Assembly (NCBI GenBank): GCA_964016885.1
Contig: OZ024756.1
Span: forward strand, 26,846,001 to 26,910,000
DNA length: 64,000 nt
Origin: Eledone cirrhosa
Lineage: Eukaryota
Direction: 5' to 3'
Under the pieces are notes generated by a model. It was not told where the DNA came from. It was given only the letters and a program-made list of their open reading frames with translations, and did not search any database. This document shows positions 56,589 through 64,000 of the stretch, piece by piece (positions within the stretch are counted from its first letter, which is position 1; the number at the start of each line of letters is the position of its first letter). The position numbers and the translations under genes were made by a program.

Positions 56589-56782
56589 CAAGATTCAGGT
56601 TCCGATTTAGCTGTCGAAACGGCCGGAGCTCAGCCGTCGGGGTCCTGAATATTCTCATATTACCAACTCTACTCCCCCAAGTATCGAGTACTCTGGTGCG
56701 TTATGGTCCACCTGCTATCTTACCACACCCTCTTTGTTATATACATATATATATATATACACACACATCAAGTGTGAACATG

Positions 56783-56818
<36 letters not shown>

Positions 56819-56824
56819 TATATA

Positions 56825-56951
<127 letters not shown>

Positions 56952-57313
56952 CTGTGTGTATAGTGTGTATGTGTCTGCATAACCAAATATACAGAGTCAC
57001 AGATGCAATTGCCCTTACTGTCGTCTGTTAATTGGAAACATGATGTACTAAGTGCAACATACGACTAGAACTCGTTTCCCTGTCTACCCCACCCTAAATC
57101 TCTAACCCCTCCACCTCCCACTAACACACCGTATCTTCCTGTCTCCCCTCCTACCTCTCAGTCAATGCTCCCCCCTCTCTCTATCTCCCCCTCCCCCTCT
57201 CTCTCTCTATCTCTGAGTCAAGACCCAGCCCCGTACACTTTTTCATTACCCGTACAGGCAATACATATGAGAATGCTGTTGAAGTAGTGTGTATATTTTT
57301 TAGGGACACCCTG

Positions 57314-57394
<81 letters not shown>

Positions 57395-58031
57395 GATGGC
57401 TGCCCCCTCGTTATCGAGTATGGCCATTGCACGATATACCATTATTAATAATTATTAATTAATTCTATCGTGCAATGCCTGTGCATGAAGATATTTTTTT
57501 AAATGAGGAAAGACTGTGCACCGAGCCAGTCCCACTCCCTGAGCGACAGTAGCTATAACCCGAAAAGAAAGAAATATCAACATCATCGGTAACTACTGAG
57601 CCGCAGGTTTTATATCGGAGTTATCCCAGTTTCCTGAGTTGCCTTCTCCTAGAAGAATGCCCTGACAAAGGCTAGGGGTCCTTCACTCCCAGTGGTTTAA
57701 CCGCGCGATCGGGTATCCAGCCCGACTATTTCTATGTCCCCGCGCATGTACATACACATGCACCCATGCATATACACATATACAGATACATACATATGTA
57801 CATGTGTATATACATATTTACACACTTTGGGATGGCCGTTGACTCTTATGAGATCTTCCACCCTTTGTCAGGTTTTGTCTTTTGTCCTGCAGGGTGTCCA
57901 AAATCACCCTCCTCACCAAGTAAACTTGGTGGGGTTGCCGGTTTAGTTGCCGACGACCCGACCATGCGACAGGTTGTACTGGGTTACATGTTACCAGTAG
58001 CACTCAAGAGTGACCCGACATACATATGCAC

Positions 58032-58278
<247 letters not shown>

Positions 58279-58279
58279 C

Positions 58280-58343
<64 letters not shown>

Positions 58344-58355
58344 GTATATATATAC

Positions 58356-58411
<56 letters not shown>

Positions 58412-58612
58412 TGAAGGCGCGTGGCTGGGGGGGTTAGAGAATTGGATTCGCAATCGTGAGGTAGTGAGTTCGATTCCCGGACCGGGTGATGCGTTATGCC
58501 CTTGGGCAAGACTTTATTTCACGTTGACCCTTCTACCTGGAAAGAAAGACCAATGGAAACATTGTTTCCTCGGTCCGATATGACAAAAGTCGATCGACTG
58601 TCGATATATGTA

Positions 58613-58662
<50 letters not shown>

Positions 58663-59016
58663 ACGAAGGAAATGTGGTAAGGAACCAGGTGGACCATAAC
58701 GCACCAAAGTACTCAATACTTAGGGTAGTAGAGTGGGTAATAGGAACAAGTAAGACCCCGACGGCTGAGCTCAAGCCGTAGTTCGCCGTCGAAACGGCTT
58801 GAGCTCAGCCGTCGTCGGGGTCTTACTTGTTCCTATATATATATATATATTAGGTTATGCAAGAAATGCTTAGGGTTATCCTGAATGCAGTAATGGTTAA
58901 TTACTACACTAGATAGAGTTGATGTGCGGTGAGAGGTTACTCAACGAGTTATGGAAGAATAGTCGGAAAAACTCAGTTTCTGATCCTTCTGTATTCCGGA
59001 GTGTAGATAAAGAATA

Positions 59017-59203
59017 AATAATTGTTTCTACTTTAGGCACAAGGCCAGCAATTACCCAGTGCATTACTGGTACTTTATTTTATCGACCCCGTAAGGATGA
59101 AAGGCAAAGTCAACCTCGGCGGGATTTGAACTCAGATCGTAAAGGGACGTAACTATGCTGGAAAGCATGGCGTCCGACCCTCTACCGATACTGCCAATCC
59201 ACC
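59017..59203 (-). mobile_element. Main-family SINE, near-consensus copy
   Basis: Full A box, B box, body and tail. Confidence 0.9.
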
Positions 59204-59272
59204 ACAATAATAACAGGTAGACACTCGGAATAAATTACCTTTTTATCATGTCTACCTGTTATTATTCATTCG

Positions 59273-59430
<158 letters not shown>

Positions 59431-59500
59431 CGAATATATATATATACAGGGTGTCCCTAAAAATGTATACACATTTCAACAGCATTCTCATATATATATA

Positions 59501-59610
59501 TCTACAGGACTAGAACTGTTTCATTCGAAGGAAATCATCAGGAAAGCAGATATTAACAGGGCTTCCCTGATGATTTCCTTCGAATAAAACAGTTCTAGTC
59601 CTGTAGAAGT
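59501..59610. ncRNA. Family E inverted HHR pair, partly decayed
   Basis: Minus copy (59501-59546) has an intact core with stem I cut by (TA)n; plus copy (59561-59610) has GAAA changed to AAAA. Confidence 0.6.
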
Positions 59611-59688
59611 TATTTCTATATTAAATATTTATACTCTGCGATGTTTTCAGTACCTTACTTACTGTGGTTACCCCCGATTGAACCTGGG

Positions 59689-59733
<45 letters not shown>

Positions 59734-60151
59734 CATATGTGTGTGTGTGTGTGTATGTATGTGTGTTTCAGTGTGTGTGTATACACGTACACATACAGAA
59801 GCTAGTAGGTATTTATCTCTGCATATATACATACTTTCAAAGCGGTAACCGAATATATTTTTTCGTGCGATATTTCCTTTAACACTTTCTTTACCTTAGA
59901 TCGGCTGATAGATTTCGTCAAGTCGGCTCTGCTTATCTTGGAGAAACAGGTGTTTATACATAATACGCACATACCTATCTACAATATTAACATACGTATA
60001 CACACACAACACACACATATATTCATATATATATATATATATACATATTCACACACAAACACACACACTCACACGCACACATGCACATATATATATATAT
60101 ATACATTCATTATTATTAAAGTGAAAAAGTGAGTGTTGTTACTCTTGAGTT

Positions 60152-60257
<106 letters not shown>

Positions 60258-60334
60258 AATATACATATATATATATATAACAAGTTAAGATAACAGATAG
60301 AAGTTCTTAAATCATTTAATCTTTACAACTGTAA

Positions 60335-60407
<73 letters not shown>

Positions 60408-60411
60408 ATGT

Positions 60412-60460
<49 letters not shown>

Positions 60461-60889
60461 AAGGTAGAAATGCAAACGCACAATCTAACCCAGCTGCTGG
60501 ATTGGAAACCAATGGTACCAACGAAACCGTATTAAAGATTTGAAGATAACTACTCTACAATATATATATATATTTATATATATGGATTGAGGGGGACGAG
60601 GCTGTGAGGTTATTGATAACGAGTGTTAGAAAGTAAGGCGACACAAACAAGAGATGGACAGTTTCCCTTCGTCAGTTGTCTACTACGGGTTACGAATGTT
60701 TCAGTGAATTATAGACAATACATCTATCCGTAGCGCGCCCTTGTCCTTTAAACTATCAAAAAGCCACGAGGGAAAGAAGTGATAGCGAAGAGAGAGAAAT
60801 GTAAATGGATAAACATATATGTAAATGTGCATGTGTTGATATTTATATATACACGAAAAATAAACAGATAAATATGTATGCAAATCTAC

Positions 60890-60925
<36 letters not shown>

Positions 60926-60980
60926 GTTGATATTTATATATACACGAAAAATAAACAGATAAATATGTATGCAAATCTAC

Positions 60981-61020
<40 letters not shown>

Positions 61021-61261
61021 GTAGATTCGCATACATATTTATCTGTTTATTTTTCGTGTATATATAAATATCAACACATGCACATTTTGATTAATAAAAG
61101 GCCTCCACCGATGTCCTGTAATTGCCGAAACAGCGGATCGAGAAACATTTACAGCTGACGAAGGAAAGGAAACTCCTTTCTTCCTTTCTCCTCTTGTTCC
61201 GTCCTAACCACCATCCTAAATCTTGTTTTTAGTAACCACACAGCTCCTTTCGTTTCATATC

Positions 61262-61332
<71 letters not shown>

Positions 61333-61457
61333 GTTATTCCGGGTTGAATCGGAGGTAACCACAGTAAGTAAGGTACTCAATACATTGCAGAGTATAAAAG
61401 TTTTAATGTAGATGAGATTCTACAGGACTAGAACTGTTTCATTCTTTAGAAATCATC

Positions 61458-61508
61458 AGATTCCTGATGATTTCTAAAGAATGAAACAGTTCTAGTCCTG
61501 TAGAATCT
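61458..61508 (+). ncRNA. Type I hammerhead ribozyme (family E)
   Basis: agattc-CTGATGA-tttc-taaa-gaat-GAAACAG-ttctagtc-CTGTA-gaatct; the mirror core at 61415-61459 (-) lacks the 5' strand of stem I. Confidence 0.8.
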
Positions 61509-61512
61509 CATC

Positions 61513-61607
<95 letters not shown>

Positions 61608-62139
61608 GGAGAGAGAGAGTGAGAGAGGGAGGGAGGGAGGAAGAGGGAGATAGAGATAGATAGATAGATATATCAATACACGTACATTTACATACACATA
61701 CATACATACATACATACATACATACATACATACATACATACATACATACATACATACACACAGAAAGACAAATAATGTGCAATATATCGTCTAACATGGC
61801 GACAACGCCTGGTTATTTTTTTCAATTAAATGAATATTTCCTTTAAGTGTAATCCGATTACAATATGGCTGTTAGTGATGGCGGCGACGGCGGCGGCGGC
61901 AACGATGACGATGATGACGATGATGACGATGACGATGATGACGATGGTGACGATGATGACGATGACGATGATGACGATGATGATGGCGATGATGATGATG
62001 ATGACGATGACGATGACTATGATGATGACCATGATGATGATGATGATGGTGATGATTATGGTGACTAACAGTGACAATGAAGATGGTGAATGTGATGTGA
62101 TTGTGATGGAGCGCACTTAGGAAAACAAAATTAACAACA

Positions 62140-62850
62140 AACGAGGAGGAATGTGTTGAGACAGATGGCACTAAGGAATAATGGTGGAACCTGAAAATAA
62201 AACCTGTCACTAAATTAAAGCACAACCGGCCTGACATTGTTGTTTGGGACCACACACTGAAAACGTGCTCTGTTGTAGAGATCAGCTGCCCACTTGATGT
62301 CAACGTTGTAAGAAAAATACAAGAGGAAGGAGGACATCTACGGACCATTGATGAGGAGTTTGTAGATCCAGTATCCAAGATACACCTTCAGCTTCATACC
62401 CATCATTATTGGAGCTACAAGTGGATTGGCAGTATCGGTAGAGAGTCGGACGCTATGCTTTCCAGCATAGTTACGTCCCTTTACGGTCTGAGTTCAAATC
62501 CCGCCGAGGTTCACTTTGCCTTTCATCCTTACGGGGGTCGATAAAATAAAGTACCAGTAATGCACTGGGTAATTGTTGGCCTTGTGCCAAAAGTAGAAAC
62601 AATTATTGGAGCTACAAGTTATATACCAACCCGCTTGGACCAAAGTATAACTGAACTTGGATTTGCGGACAAAGAGCGCAGCTCCCTAATTCGTAGTCTA
62701 CAAATGGCTGCCATTGCTGGCACCTTCAAAATTTGCAAAACATTCTTGCGATTCAAGGGATGACAATTTCTTTTCTTTTACAACCTTGCCACCAGGAAGG
62801 TGGCCGGTCAAAAATGTACTCGAAATTAAGAGAGATACATAAGAAGAACA
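62140..62850 (+). mobile_element. R4/Dong-like LINE 3' end (RLE domain) interrupted by a SINE, ending in (CATA)n
   Basis: NRPDIVVWD...VVEISCP...FIPIIIGAT|SYIP...LQMAAIAGTFKICKTF. Confidence 0.75.
62421..62607 (+). mobile_element. Main-family SINE with target site duplication
   Basis: attattggagctacaagt at 62405-62422 and 62602-62619. Confidence 0.9.
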
Positions 62851-62886
62851 TACATACATACATACATACATACATACATACATACA

Positions 62887-62917
<31 letters not shown>

Positions 62918-63099
62918 TTTAGTATTGAATATATTCCTTTCTGCAAACAAAAGGACCCTAAATATTATCAGACGCCATGAGGATTTAATATTGCCCAGAG
63001 ACGACATATGATCCTATGAGCGGGAAGGAAAAAATGTGAAGTATGTGGAATCCATGATGTTATTATATCATATATTAACAGCGTTGAAGTAAAACTATA

Positions 63100-63350
<251 letters not shown>

Positions 63351-63383
63351 ATATATATATATATATACACACACACATATGCA

Positions 63384-63448
<65 letters not shown>

Positions 63449-63865
63449 TCTCTCCCACGCACGCACACACATACACAAGCACATTCTCGTACACACACAC
63501 ACCTATTTCCTATTTCGACTACATTATAGACAAATCCAGCCTTGTTTTGGTTGCTGTTGTTGTTGTTGCTGCTGTTGTTAATGTTATTGTTTTTGCTGCT
63601 GTTGCTGCTGTTGTTGTTGATGTTGTAGTTGCTGCTGTTGTTGTTGTTGTTGCTGCTGTCGTCGTCATTGTTGTTGTTGTTGTTGTTGTTGTTGTAATTA
63701 ATGTTAGAAATATTTGTTTGACATTTCAATATCTCAGACCATTTCATATGTGAGAACACACCAGCAATTGTGTACAGAAATCTCGTCAACAATAACAATT
63801 CTTCTCACATTAGTAGCCACCACCACAATATATATGTATGTATGTATGTATATATACAAACACAC

Positions 63866-63896
<31 letters not shown>

Positions 63897-63898
63897 TG

Positions 63899-63961
<63 letters not shown>

Positions 63962-64000
63962 TAGATCTACCAAATCATAATATTATAAAATTAAATCAAA

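Noticed and set aside
60650-60710. CTGACGA and GAAAC-attc-GTA on the minus strand (also CTGACGA at ~61155)
   Set aside because: Stems I and II could not be assembled in any HHR topology.

Overview
Eukaryotic, AT-rich DNA saturated with microsatellites. The repeat landscape suggests a cephalopod such as Octopus (inference). Almost all ORF-track entries are microsatellite artefacts. One real gene is present on the minus strand: a 5-exon platelet-activating factor acetylhydrolase IB catalytic subunit (PAFAH1B2/3-like, SGNH hydrolase, 246 aa; exons 38784-38701, 20285-20196, 18455-18339, 16892-16770, 15415-15089). The rest consists of tRNA-derived SINEs, decayed LINEs (RTE, R4/Dong-like, CRE-like), MITEs and a decayed Penelope-like (PLE) GIY-YIG ORF. 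The most striking signal is about 20 type I hammerhead ribozyme (HHR) motifs from several sequence families. Most lie in short non-coding elements embedded in (TA)n tracts, many as fold-back pairs with an HHR on each strand. They include U3-A8 core variants, long stem II insertions, and a 591-bp tandem retrozyme-like unit in sense orientation inside intron 1 of the gene. All RNA structures were read by eye and none is computed or assayed.
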